The position numbers and the translations under genes are program-made. A DNA stretch of 43,583 bases from a virus (Duplodnaviria; Caudoviricetes). Positions 1 through 9,005 of the stretch are shown in pieces. The DNA lies in IMG/VR virus record IMGVR_UViG_3300024344_000036, positions 1 to 43,583 of that record, one strand, 5' to 3'. Numbering within the stretch: the stretch's first letter is position 1; every line of letters begins with the position of its first letter. Under the pieces are notes generated by a model. That model made no database searches, was not told the DNA's origin, and was given only the letters and a program-made list of their open reading frames with translations.

Positions 1-1
1 A

Positions 2-322
2 CAAAATTTTAGAAGATATACATCAAACGCAGTAGGAACAAGTCCAGCAACTTTAGTTACAGCTAACTCTTATGATACCATTGTTGGTATTTCTGTATCA
101 AATATTTTAGGATCTACAATTCTTGCAGATGTCTACATTAATGATGGAAGTAATGACATTTACTTAGTTAAAAATGCGCCCATCCCTAGCGGCGGTGCTT
201 TACAGGTATTAGCGGGCGGCGCAAAATTTGTTATGCAAGCCAGTGATGTTTTAAAAGTTAAATCAGATACAGCTTCTTCCGCAGATGTGTGGGTTTCAGC
301 AGTTGACGATATAAGTACATAA
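2..322 (+). CDS. 5'-truncated small beta-rich virion protein (not in ORF track)
   Basis: Open frame from the window edge, QNFRRYTSNAVGT...VLKVKSDTASSADVWVSAVDDIST, TAA at 320-322. The C-terminus resembles 8587..8955. Confidence 0.8.
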   Translation, partial: QNFRRYTSNAVGTSPATLVTANSYDTIVGISVSNILGSTILADVYINDGSNDIYLVKNAPIPSGGALQVLAGGAKFVMQASDVLKVKSDTASSADVWVSAVDDIST

Positions 323-332
323 GGAGGATTAA

Positions 333-1340
333 TTGCCCTACGTAGGTAACATACCAGCAGAATCATATGCGGCATTTAATGTACAGCATTTTACAACAAG
401 TGCTACTACTTCTTATACATTAGATCATGCTGTAACAAATGAATTAGATATACGTCTAGTTATTAATAACGTAATTCAACAACCTGGTTCTGGTAAAGCA
501 TACACAGCTTCAGGCACAACTTTAACACTTTCAGCTGCAACAGCTGGCACAGACACAATGTATTGTGTATACACTGGTAAAGCGGTTCAGACTGTAAACC
601 CACCTGCAGGATCAGTTGGAACATCTCAATTAGCTGATTCATCTGTTACTAATGTAAAACTTGGTAGTGATATAAACGCAACTAAGTTAGCAGCAGGTTT
701 AGTTCCAACAGCTAGACTTGGTTCTGGTACAGCTTCTTCAAGCACAGTGTTATATGGAGACCAAACTTTTAAAGCAGAACCTAGTGGTGGATTAACTTTA
801 TTATCTATGATTGATCAAGACTTAGGAACAGCAAATAAAATACAATTTCAACAAGTTTTTTCTTCTGATTATGATTACTACAAAGTAATTGGTAGATTTA
901 ATCTTGGTAGTGCAAGTGTTCACGAGTGTGAGTTTAGGTGGCTTAATTCATCTAATGCTGAACAAACAACAGCTTCTTACAGAACTGTTGCTCAAGGTTG
1001 GCGATATAGCAATAGTGCAGCCGATAGAAGTGATTGGGGTCAATGGGATGCTACAGGAGCACAAATTGGAAATGATATAAAAGGTGGAAGTTACGAAAGA
1101 CCAGTAAATTTAGAAATGACTTTATTTCCTGATGCTTATGGGTCAGTTACTTATAGTAGCATTATGTGGGAAATATCATATACAAAAGACCAAAGTGGCA
1201 CAGAAGCTGTATCAAGAGTTATGGGTTACAATCTTTGGAAACAAACTACTGATTTATCTGGTGGTGGAATGCAATTAGAAGTTCAAAATTCTTATGATTT
1301 TGTAACTATGGGAATATACGGAGTGAAAACAACTACATGA
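333..1340 (+). CDS. Tail fibre/appendage protein, MPYVG N-terminal class
   Basis: TTG start after AGGAGG. T/S/G-rich N-half (VIQQPG..AYT.SGTTL) shared with 2654..3103. Followed by a chaperone. Confidence 0.7.
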   Translation: MPYVGNIPAESYAAFNVQHFTTSATTSYTLDHAVTNELDIRLVINNVIQQPGSGKAYTASGTTLTLSAATAGTDTMYCVYTGKAVQTVNPPAGSVGTSQLADSSVTNVKLGSDINATKLAAGLVPTARLGSGTASSSTVLYGDQTFKAEPSGGLTLLSMIDQDLGTANKIQFQQVFSSDYDYYKVIGRFNLGSASVHECEFRWLNSSNAEQTTASYRTVAQGWRYSNSAADRSDWGQWDATGAQIGNDIKGGSYERPVNLEMTLFPDAYGSVTYSSIMWEISYTKDQSGTEAVSRVMGYNLWKQTTDLSGGGMQLEVQNSYDFVTMGIYGVKTTT

Positions 1341-1666
1341 GTAATAATGGAATATTTGCAGTTAATGTTAAAAATAATACTAAAACTTTTATTGAATACA
1401 CAGATGAAGAACAAGCTATTCAAGATGAAAAAAATGCAAAAACAAAAAGTGCAGAAACTAAACTTCGTTTAATAAAAGAAATTAGAGAAAGTAAATTACG
1501 AGAAACAGATTGGTGGGTATTGCGTGGTAATGTGACAGACGCACAAACTCAATACAGACAAAAGCTAAGAGATATACCTGCTGACTACGATGAAAGCAAA
1601 TATGATGAATTATTGGCAGGTGATGAAAATAATAATTTAACACATTCAGTATGGAGTAAACCTTAA
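1337..1666 (+). CDS. Phage tail-fibre assembly chaperone, copy 1
   Basis: Motif R...L.ETDW...YRQ.LRDIP, ending LTHSVWSKP. ATGA-coupled to the upstream gene. Confidence 0.8.
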   Translation: MSNNGIFAVNVKNNTKTFIEYTDEEQAIQDEKNAKTKSAETKLRLIKEIRESKLRETDWWVLRGNVTDAQTQYRQKLRDIPADYDESKYDELLAGDENNNLTHSVWSKP

Positions 1667-1668
1667 TG
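1638..1668 (+). repeat. 31-bp junction repeat TAACACA-N7-TGGAGTAAACCNTAATG, copy 1 (others 2626-2656, 4083-4113)
   Basis: Read directly. Each copy spans a chaperone 3' end plus a TAATG stop-start. Confidence 0.85.
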
Positions 1669-2337
1669 GCACTAAGTAAAATAGATATTAGTAAAATGAC
1701 TACAGGAACTACTCCTGTAACACAAGGGGGCACAGGATTAACGTCTGGTACTACAGATCAATTCTTAAAGTTTACTGGCACAACTACTTTAGCAAGTGCA
1801 GCAGACAATGCTGGTTCTTTTGTAAAACTTTCAACAGTTGATATTTCTGGTACTCCAACAGAAGTAGCATTTAATAACAGTATTATAACTTCAACTTATA
1901 AACAATATTTATTTGTGTTTACTGATGTAGTAACAACAGCAGATAATACATATTTAAAAATGCAAGAAAGTACAAATAATGGCACTGGTTTTTTAGCTAA
2001 TGATTGTGATTACATAAATCAAATACAATATAACACACAAGGAAATACAGAATATTTACAAGCATCAGACCAAAATGTAACTGATGCTGTTTTAACAAAT
2101 AATAATCTTGGCAATGGATCTAATGAAGGTGTTAGTGGAGAAATATGGTTTTCAAGAAATGGAAGTTTACCATCAAAAGCAAATTGGAGATTGGTAGCTA
2201 CTAACAATTCTTATGTCTATGTCTGGTCTGGTGCATTTTATAGAGATGATAATGGTACAACTAACTATGTAAGATTTCAAATGCAAGGAACATCATTTGC
2301 ATCTGGAAGAATAACTTGCTACGGGATAACAACATAA
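1666..2337 (+). CDS. Tail fibre/appendage protein, MAL N-terminal class
   Basis: TGT.P...GGTG.TS motif shared with 5706..6272. Globular C-domain ending YGITT, like 333 and 3105. Confidence 0.7.
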   Translation: MALSKIDISKMTTGTTPVTQGGTGLTSGTTDQFLKFTGTTTLASAADNAGSFVKLSTVDISGTPTEVAFNNSIITSTYKQYLFVFTDVVTTADNTYLKMQESTNNGTGFLANDCDYINQIQYNTQGNTEYLQASDQNVTDAVLTNNNLGNGSNEGVSGEIWFSRNGSLPSKANWRLVATNNSYVYVWSGAFYRDDNGTTNYVRFQMQGTSFASGRITCYGITT

Positions 2338-2654
2338 TGTTTAAATTAGTAAACGGAATTAAAGTAAATTTAACTGAAAGCGAAATAGCTAAATTTAATG
2401 CAGAAAAAACAGCTTGGGAAAATGCAAGTGCTGATAGAAAACTTGCAGAAATAAAACAAATAAGATTACAAAAACTAATTGAAACAGATTACCTTGCTAA
2501 CACTGATGTAGTAATGGCTGATAACGTTAAAACATGGAGACAATCTTTACGAAACATTCCACAAGATTTTAGCACGGAAGAACAATACGATTTACTCTTG
2601 GCTCGTCATGAAGAAACAGGAGAACTAACACATTCAATTTGGAGTAAACCATAA
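2337..2654 (+). CDS. Tail-fibre assembly chaperone, copy 2
   Basis: ETDY...WRQSLRNIP...LTHSIWSKP. Start moved to the TAATG overlap at 2337. Confidence 0.8.
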   Translation: MFKLVNGIKVNLTESEIAKFNAEKTAWENASADRKLAEIKQIRLQKLIETDYLANTDVVMADNVKTWRQSLRNIPQDFSTEEQYDLLLARHEETGELTHSIWSKP

Positions 2655-3103
2655 TGCCATACGTAGGACGCGATTTAGATATTGGAGCAAGAAAGCTGAT
2701 ACAAGTGAGCGGAAGTTCACCTGCAACATCTTATACACTTCAATCATCATCAGTTAATTATCATCCAAGTGCGGCGCAAAATTTAATTGTGTCAATCGCA
2801 GGAGTTATACAAGCTCCAGGAACAGCATACACAGTATCGGGGGCAACTATTGACTTCGGCGGGGTGAGTGTTGCAAGTGGAGATATCGACTTTATAGTTG
2901 CGATGGGAGAAAACGTAGATGTTGGTACCCCTAGCGACGGAGTTATTACAGCAGGGCAATTGTCTTCTACATTCTATGTAGAAAATAATACAACATACAG
3001 TAGCTTTACAATGGCTTCTAGTAGGAACGCAGTTCTTGCAGGACCTGTAAGTTTTACTGGAACAACAACAATTCCTTCGGGATCAACATTGGTTATAGTA
3101 TAA
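2654..3103 (+). CDS. Short tail appendage/adaptor protein, MPYVG class
   Basis: MPYVG start and GVIQAPGTAYTVSG motif; TAATG-coupled. Confidence 0.65.
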   Translation: MPYVGRDLDIGARKLIQVSGSSPATSYTLQSSSVNYHPSAAQNLIVSIAGVIQAPGTAYTVSGATIDFGGVSVASGDIDFIVAMGENVDVGTPSDGVITAGQLSSTFYVENNTTYSSFTMASSRNAVLAGPVSFTGTTTIPSGSTLVIV

Positions 3104-3104
3104 T

Positions 3105-3779
3105 ATGAGTTTATTAAATGTAAATAAAGTAGACCCAGCAACAGGCACGGGATTAGAATTAGGTAGCTCAGGTGACACTCTAACGGTGCCATCAGGCGTT
3201 ACACTTGACATTGCATCTGGTGCAACATTAGATACTACAGGCGCAACTGTTACAGGTGCTACTGGATCATTGATTAAAATATCAGGAGGTAGTGCAAGTT
3301 CAGCAGCAAACCATGATTTTCAAAGTTTTATGGACACATCAAAATATAATGCATATCAAATTTCGTTTAGTAAGGTCATTGGATTATCAAGTAACACTTT
3401 TGATTTTCAATTTTTAGATGGAAGTTCAGTATCTTCTTCAGGTTATTGGGGTTCTGTTAATGGATATAGAAGTGGAGATTCGGCATATAATGACGCTTAT
3501 GAAAATCAATCACAAGGAAAGTTAGGAACTGCATTAGCCGCTAGTGCTAGTGATGTAGGAGCATATTTATTTTGGATTTATAATAATCCAAATTCAACAA
3601 CTTTTGGCTCTAGTGTTTATGGACATAACTGGGGTTTTCGTTCTGATTTTAGTGATGTGCTTTTTTCAGATTATCACATTTCATTTAATAATAACAATGA
3701 CACAGATGGATTTAGAGTTCATGCATCAGGTAATGATGCAACAACTTTTGATTACACAATTTATGGATTAGCAAAATAA
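3105..3779 (+). CDS. Tail fibre/appendage protein, VDP N-terminal class
   Basis: N-terminus VNKVDP.TGT.LELGSSGDT.TVPSG shared with 4484 and 5093. Ends IYGLAK. Confidence 0.7.
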   Translation: MSLLNVNKVDPATGTGLELGSSGDTLTVPSGVTLDIASGATLDTTGATVTGATGSLIKISGGSASSAANHDFQSFMDTSKYNAYQISFSKVIGLSSNTFDFQFLDGSSVSSSGYWGSVNGYRSGDSAYNDAYENQSQGKLGTALAASASDVGAYLFWIYNNPNSTTFGSSVYGHNWGFRSDFSDVLFSDYHISFNNNNDTDGFRVHASGNDATTFDYTIYGLAK

Positions 3780-4111
3780 TGGTAGATTATAATAATATAA
3801 TAACACCAGAGGGTGTAACAAGAATAGAAATAACTGGTGCAGAAAAAACACAACTAGAAGCTGATAGAGCAGATTTTGCTGCTAAATCAGGAGAAAGAAA
3901 ATTAAAAGTTATTAAACAATTACGATTAGATAGATTAAAAGAAACAGATTTCTATGCACTAGGAGATGTAACGATGAGTGATGCAATGAAAACATATCGT
4001 CAAAACCTAAGGGACATCCCTGCCAACCACACGGATGAGGCAGCATATGATTTGCTTTTAGCAAGAGACGCTTCAGGCAACCTAACACACAGCGTATGGA
4101 GTAAACCGTAA
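3779..4111 (+). CDS. Tail-fibre assembly chaperone, copy 3
   Basis: RLKETDFYAL.D...YRQNLRDIP...LTHSVWSKP. Confidence 0.8.
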   Translation: MVDYNNIITPEGVTRIEITGAEKTQLEADRADFAAKSGERKLKVIKQLRLDRLKETDFYALGDVTMSDAMKTYRQNLRDIPANHTDEAAYDLLLARDASGNLTHSVWSKP

Positions 4112-4138
4112 TGATAACAATTTTAAAAGGAGGTCTAT

Positions 4139-4474
4139 ATGGCAAGTCTATCAACTAAGATTAGTCTTTATTGTATCGCAAACAGCAAAACTGCTGATTT
4201 CGGTCAAGGGGGTAACGTATCTTTACAGGATGACTCTGACGGTAAAGGCCCGTACATAGCAAGCTGGAGCGTTGACGGATTGGCACAGCCATCTGACTCC
4301 GATTTAGCAGCACATGATACGGCTGGAAACACAGAAGAGACAAACAATACTGTAAGGTATACAAGAAAAATGGCTTATGGTGATATTGGCGATCAGCTTG
4401 ATGAGATATTTAAAGATATCGACGCGTGGAAATCACGTATTCAAGGGATCAAAGATGCTAACCCTAAGTCTTAA
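4139..4474 (+). CDS. Tail-associated chaperone-like protein (XkdW-like)
   Basis: LQDDSDGKGPYI..W and R..AY..IGDQLD motifs; RBS AGGAGG. Confidence 0.55.
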   Translation: MASLSTKISLYCIANSKTADFGQGGNVSLQDDSDGKGPYIASWSVDGLAQPSDSDLAAHDTAGNTEETNNTVRYTRKMAYGDIGDQLDEIFKDIDAWKSRIQGIKDANPKS

Positions 4475-4483
4475 AGGAATTAA

Positions 4484-5068
4484 ATGAGTAAATTATTTGT
4501 AGATCAAGTAGATCCAAAGACAGCAACCACGCTAACGCTTGGTACGTCAGGTGATACGGTAAGCATCCCATCAGGGGTGACGATTGCTAACGCTGGTACC
4601 GCTACGGGCTTTGGAGAAGCTAATACTCCTAGTTTTAAAGTAAGATTGTCTGGTGACCAAACTGTTGCAAATCAAACTACAACTAAATTAGCATTCGCTA
4701 CGGAAGATTGGGATACAGATTCAGCGTGGAATACGAGTAACTATAATTTTACAGTTCCGTCAGGAAAGGCGGGGAAGTACTTTTTTTATGGTCATGTACG
4801 AATACTTCAAATTTGGGCGCATGACTCAGATTTATATTTTTCACAAGTATATATTAAAAAAAATAATAGTGATTTAGCAGGACATAGGCTTGTTGATTAT
4901 AGTGCTACGACAAAAGATTTGGATTTACAAGTTAGTGCAACAGTAGATTTGGCAGTTAATGATGTCATTGACTTTAATGTTTATCACAATGGTCAAGGAC
5001 AACAAAATCAAAATATTGCTTCAGCTGCATCTAGTACATTTTTTACAGGATTTAAGGTAATAACATGA
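4484..5068 (+). CDS. Appendage protein, VDP class, C1q-like C-terminal domain
   Basis: FTVP...GKYFF, L...D.I and final FTGFKV are C1q/TNF-fold hallmarks. Confidence 0.65.
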   Translation: MSKLFVDQVDPKTATTLTLGTSGDTVSIPSGVTIANAGTATGFGEANTPSFKVRLSGDQTVANQTTTKLAFATEDWDTDSAWNTSNYNFTVPSGKAGKYFFYGHVRILQIWAHDSDLYFSQVYIKKNNSDLAGHRLVDYSATTKDLDLQVSATVDLAVNDVIDFNVYHNGQGQQNQNIASAASSTFFTGFKVIT

Positions 5069-5092
5069 TAAATATTTTAAAAGGAATTAACA

Positions 5093-5704
5093 ATGGCTAG
5101 TACAATATTAGTAGATAAAGTAGATCCACAAAGCGGAACAGCTTTAGAGATTGGTAGTTCAGGAGATACAATCACGATACCATCAGGGGCAACGCTTAGT
5201 GTTGCAGGATCAGCATCAGGTATAGGTATTACAAACGCTGAACAGCATCATCAAACTGCTACTGTTTCTGTAGCAAGTGCAGATACTTGGACATTATTAA
5301 CTCCTTTTACTCGTTCATCTGGAAGTGGTTTAGGTAATATAGAAACATATGTTTCTTCAAGCAGTGGAATATTTAGTTTTAGTCAAACTGGATATTATTC
5401 TATTGAATTTATTGGTTATCTTAAAAGATCAAATCATTTAGTACAATATGCTGGTACAAGTATTTGGATGACAACAGATGATTCTACTTATAATCAATTA
5501 TCTGAATCTTATACTAATTTACAAGACACCAGTAATGCTTATGGTAATACTTCAAACAAAGTTATTGTAGATATTACTGATACCTCACAATGTAAGGTTA
5601 AGTTTATGGCACAATCTTCTGACGCAGGTGGTTTATCCATGCAAGGTGGTAGTGGATTGCCAATAAAAAACTACGCAACTTTTATACGAATAGGAGACAC
5701 ATAA
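5093..5704 (+). CDS. Appendage protein, VDP class
   Basis: Shared N-terminus; SSGIFSF..TGYY beta-sandwich C-domain. Confidence 0.65.
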   Translation: MASTILVDKVDPQSGTALEIGSSGDTITIPSGATLSVAGSASGIGITNAEQHHQTATVSVASADTWTLLTPFTRSSGSGLGNIETYVSSSSGIFSFSQTGYYSIEFIGYLKRSNHLVQYAGTSIWMTTDDSTYNQLSESYTNLQDTSNAYGNTSNKVIVDITDTSQCKVKFMAQSSDAGGLSMQGGSGLPIKNYATFIRIGDT

Positions 5705-5705
5705 T

Positions 5706-6272
5706 ATGGCACTAACAACAGTAAAAACATCAGCCTTAACTGGCGACATTAATTTAACTAGTCAAGTAACTGGCACACTACCTACTGCTAACGGCGGTAC
5801 AGGTGCTACAAGTTTTACTTCTGGTAAACTTTTACAAACTCAAACAGCTTTATTTACAAGTCAATCTGCACATAACTCAGAAACTTATACAGCTTCCAAT
5901 TATACTGACCAAATAACTCCAAGTGCAACAAATTCAAAAATATTTGTTTGTTTTAATCTTAGAAGTCATATTTATCAAGCTAGTGGCTCAGCAGTTAGAA
6001 GTCAATTAGCTATCTATAGACAAATAAATGGTGGTGGATTTTCTGAATTTTATCCAGCTAATGCCTCAGTTTCTTGGGGTATAGGGGTTAGTAGTGGTGA
6101 AAGAACTTTTTACAATACACCACAAATTACTTTTATGGATACAACACATAATACAACAAATGCTGTTGATTACACATTATACGCAAGAAGAAACACTTCA
6201 TCAACTGGTAGTGTTAATGTTGGAGGTAGTTCTATTCAAGCACAAGTTATACTTATGGAGATTGCGGCATGA
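5706..6272 (+). CDS. Appendage protein, MAL class
   Basis: VTGTLPTANGGTG, GKLLQ, ITPSATNSKI and final LMEIAA. Confidence 0.65.
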   Translation: MALTTVKTSALTGDINLTSQVTGTLPTANGGTGATSFTSGKLLQTQTALFTSQSAHNSETYTASNYTDQITPSATNSKIFVCFNLRSHIYQASGSAVRSQLAIYRQINGGGFSEFYPANASVSWGIGVSSGERTFYNTPQITFMDTTHNTTNAVDYTLYARRNTSSTGSVNVGGSSIQAQVILMEIAA

Positions 6273-6493
6273 TTGATTTAATTAAATTACACAAAGCATT
6301 GGAAGTTTTAAAACCTAATGTTCAATGGACTTTAATAGATGATACAAATGAAACATCATTAACAGAAGATTTATATAATAATATAGGTTGGGTTACTGGA
6401 GAAGATAGTAATGGTATTGCTATCACAACTACAACAAATCCTCATTCAGAAATCACATGGGCAGCAGTCAAAGCTGAGATGGATAAACTCTAA
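6269..6493 (+). CDS. Small tail-associated protein
   Basis: ATGA-coupled 74-aa ORF. Confidence 0.6.
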   Translation: MIDLIKLHKALEVLKPNVQWTLIDDTNETSLTEDLYNNIGWVTGEDSNGIAITTTTNPHSEITWAAVKAEMDKL

Positions 6494-6512
6494 ACAACAG
6501 TAAAGGGGGCAA

Positions 6513-8399
6513 ATGCCACTAGTAGATTTAACGGCCCCTGCAGGAGTAGTAACTGAGATAACAGATTACCAAGCAGGTCTTCGATATACAAGCGCAGATA
6601 AGGTACGCTTTAAGTACGATCAAGCGGAGAAGATAGGTGGCTGGAAGAAAAGAGATTCAAGCACTAGCGCTATGTCTGGTGTACCTAGAAACATTTTCCC
6701 TCATAGAGATAAAGATGGCCGTAAAATGGTACTCTTTGGCACAAGCACTCACGTTTACTGTGAGCAAGGTGGCGTCATTCAAGACGTTACTCCTTACAAA
6801 ACAGCTGATGTAAATTTAACTAATCCTTTTACAACAGGAACAGCTGGTTCATCTACAATTACAGTTACCGATGCAGGTAACACAATAGCACAAACTAGTC
6901 CTCCTTCTCGTATTGTCATATCTTCAATTGCTTCAGGAACATTTGATGGTATAACTATCACAGCTGGAGAATATCTAGCTACATATGTAAGTGCAACTCA
7001 ATACACCTTAACTGCTGTAGCAGGCACAGGAGCTAGTATTTCAGGTACAGCTTCTGCTGGTTCACAAACAGGTGGTGGTGCAGTTGTTCTTAGATATTTA
7101 GTAAGTAATGGACCGTCTGACGGTTTAACAGGTTTCGGATTTGGCGCAGGTCTTTGGTCGAGCAGCACATGGGGCACAGCCAGATCATCATCAGGAGTTG
7201 TATTATCACCACGTGTATGGACAATGGATGCATGGGGTGAAGACATACTCGCAAGTATAGGTGGTGGAGAAGATACATTATATTATTTTGATATAAGTGC
7301 ATTTATCGCCGCACCTTCTACATACAGAGGATCAACTCTAGGACAATATGTTACAAGTGTAGGTGGTGACGCATCTGCTATTCCAACTAAGGTTGGGGTA
7401 GTATTAGTATCTACACCTGATAGACATGTAGTAGTCTTTGGTTCTGATCCAGAAGGTTCAGCAACTTATGATCGTATGACAGTTAGATGGTGTTCACAAG
7501 AAAGTTTATCTGATTGGAATACACAAATAACTAATACAGCAGGGGCAACTAGACTTGGTACAGGAACTAACATAGAAGCCGCAGCAAAAGCTCGTGGTCA
7601 AATGGTACTATGGACAGACGTAGACATGTACAGTATGCAGTTTACAGGTCCTCCATTTACTTTCTCTTTCCAACAGTTGGGTGAAGCATCAGGTACTATA
7701 TCTAAAAACTCACCAGCTATGATTGAAGGTGGTGCATTCTGGATGGGAGTAGATAACTTCTATGCTTACGATGGTGCAGTTAAAACTTTAAAGTGTCCAG
7801 TACTTAATCATGTATTTGATAGCTTTAACCAAACACAAAGAGAAAAAGTATTTAGTGCAGAGATAATTGAGTTCAACGAAATATGGTGGTTCTACCCGTC
7901 TGCAGGACAAACAGAAGTAGATAAGTATGTCATATACAACTACATAGATAACACATGGTCAATAGGTTCTTTATCAAGAACTGCATGGCATGACGCTGGT
8001 ATATTTACATTCCCAATAGCAACAAACTCTACTGGTTTTGTATTCAATCAAGAGAATGGTTTTAATGATGAGACAAGTGCAATTACTGCTTTTATAGAAA
8101 CAGGTTTCTTTACAGGAGATCAAGCTGGTAATAGTATTTACTTTGTAAATAAAATTGTTCCTGATACAACTTTTACAGGTACAGGTACAAAAGAAATAAA
8201 GTTTCAAATGAAATCAAAACTATATCCTAATACATCTGAAACAACTAAAGGACCTTTTACTTTAGCAGAAACAAAAGGTAAATTAAATTTAAGATCTAGA
8301 GGTAGATCATTCCAATCTAAATACTATAGTGACACTACAGATATAGGTTGGCGATTAGGTACATGGCGTATGCAAGCACAAGCTGATGGTATGAGATAA
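6513..8399 (+). CDS. Podovirus tail tube/stabilisation (nozzle-like) protein
   Basis: 628 aa, beta-rich; N-terminal DKVRF...EKIGGW; sits ahead of the internal virion genes. Confidence 0.6.
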   Translation: MPLVDLTAPAGVVTEITDYQAGLRYTSADKVRFKYDQAEKIGGWKKRDSSTSAMSGVPRNIFPHRDKDGRKMVLFGTSTHVYCEQGGVIQDVTPYKTADVNLTNPFTTGTAGSSTITVTDAGNTIAQTSPPSRIVISSIASGTFDGITITAGEYLATYVSATQYTLTAVAGTGASISGTASAGSQTGGGAVVLRYLVSNGPSDGLTGFGFGAGLWSSSTWGTARSSSGVVLSPRVWTMDAWGEDILASIGGGEDTLYYFDISAFIAAPSTYRGSTLGQYVTSVGGDASAIPTKVGVVLVSTPDRHVVVFGSDPEGSATYDRMTVRWCSQESLSDWNTQITNTAGATRLGTGTNIEAAAKARGQMVLWTDVDMYSMQFTGPPFTFSFQQLGEASGTISKNSPAMIEGGAFWMGVDNFYAYDGAVKTLKCPVLNHVFDSFNQTQREKVFSAEIIEFNEIWWFYPSAGQTEVDKYVIYNYIDNTWSIGSLSRTAWHDAGIFTFPIATNSTGFVFNQENGFNDETSAITAFIETGFFTGDQAGNSIYFVNKIVPDTTFTGTGTKEIKFQMKSKLYPNTSETTKGPFTLAETKGKLNLRSRGRSFQSKYYSDTTDIGWRLGTWRMQAQADGMR

Positions 8400-8587
8400 T
8401 GGGACTATATACTAAAGGAGTTTATCCAGAACTTTCATATAGAGAAAGACAAGAGAATACAATTAGTGCAAGAACATATGATGCATTAATAAACATCTTA
8501 CGTTTACGTGATGCAAGTACAACTGAAACACCTGTACGAATTGCAAGCAAAGATGAACAACAATCAATGGAGTGGTTTTTAAGTTAA
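8399..8587 (+). CDS. Hypothetical virion-associated protein
   Basis: TAATG-coupled at both ends. Confidence 0.7.
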   Translation: MGLYTKGVYPELSYRERQENTISARTYDALINILRLRDASTTETPVRIASKDEQQSMEWFLS

Positions 8588-8955
8588 TGGCTATAGAATA
8601 TAAAAACAGTTTAAATAACGTAACATCAACTGGCTCAGATCAAGTAGTATATACTTGTCCAACCAGTACATCATTACTAAAATATATGGCTATTGTTAAA
8701 GGCTTTACTATCTATAATACAACAGGTGGGGCTGGTACAGTAGACATTAAAGTTGTAGATACTAGCGCAGGAGTTACAGCTAGAACAGTTAAACACTTTA
8801 CCGCTTCGGATTTTACTACTAAAGTGACAGTTAATGCTGTATCAGAAGGGCCAATAGTATTAGAATCAGCAGACATATTAAAGATAGATACATCAGTTGC
8901 GGCTAATGTATTGATATCTGTAATGGAAATAAGTGACGAATTGAGGGGAGTATAG
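8587..8955 (+). CDS. Small beta-rich virion protein
   Basis: Start moved to the TAATG overlap. VYTCP and PIVLESADILKI motifs. Confidence 0.65.
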   Translation: MAIEYKNSLNNVTSTGSDQVVYTCPTSTSLLKYMAIVKGFTIYNTTGGAGTVDIKVVDTSAGVTARTVKHFTASDFTTKVTVNAVSEGPIVLESADILKIDTSVAANVLISVMEISDELRGV

Positions 8956-8967
8956 TATTATGCCCCC

Positions 8968-8996
8968 TTTACTTTCAATAATAAATAAGGTATAAT
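8968..8996 (+). promoter_or_regulatory. Sigma70-like promoter for the internal virion genes
   Basis: TTTACT-17 bp-TATAAT in the intergenic gap. Confidence 0.65.
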
Positions 8997-9005
8997 ATAA
9001 AGAAT

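Noticed and set aside
333-6493. Diversity-generating retroelement or invertible shufflon
   Set aside because: No reverse transcriptase, recombinase, adenine-variable repeat pair or inverted cassettes seen in the window.
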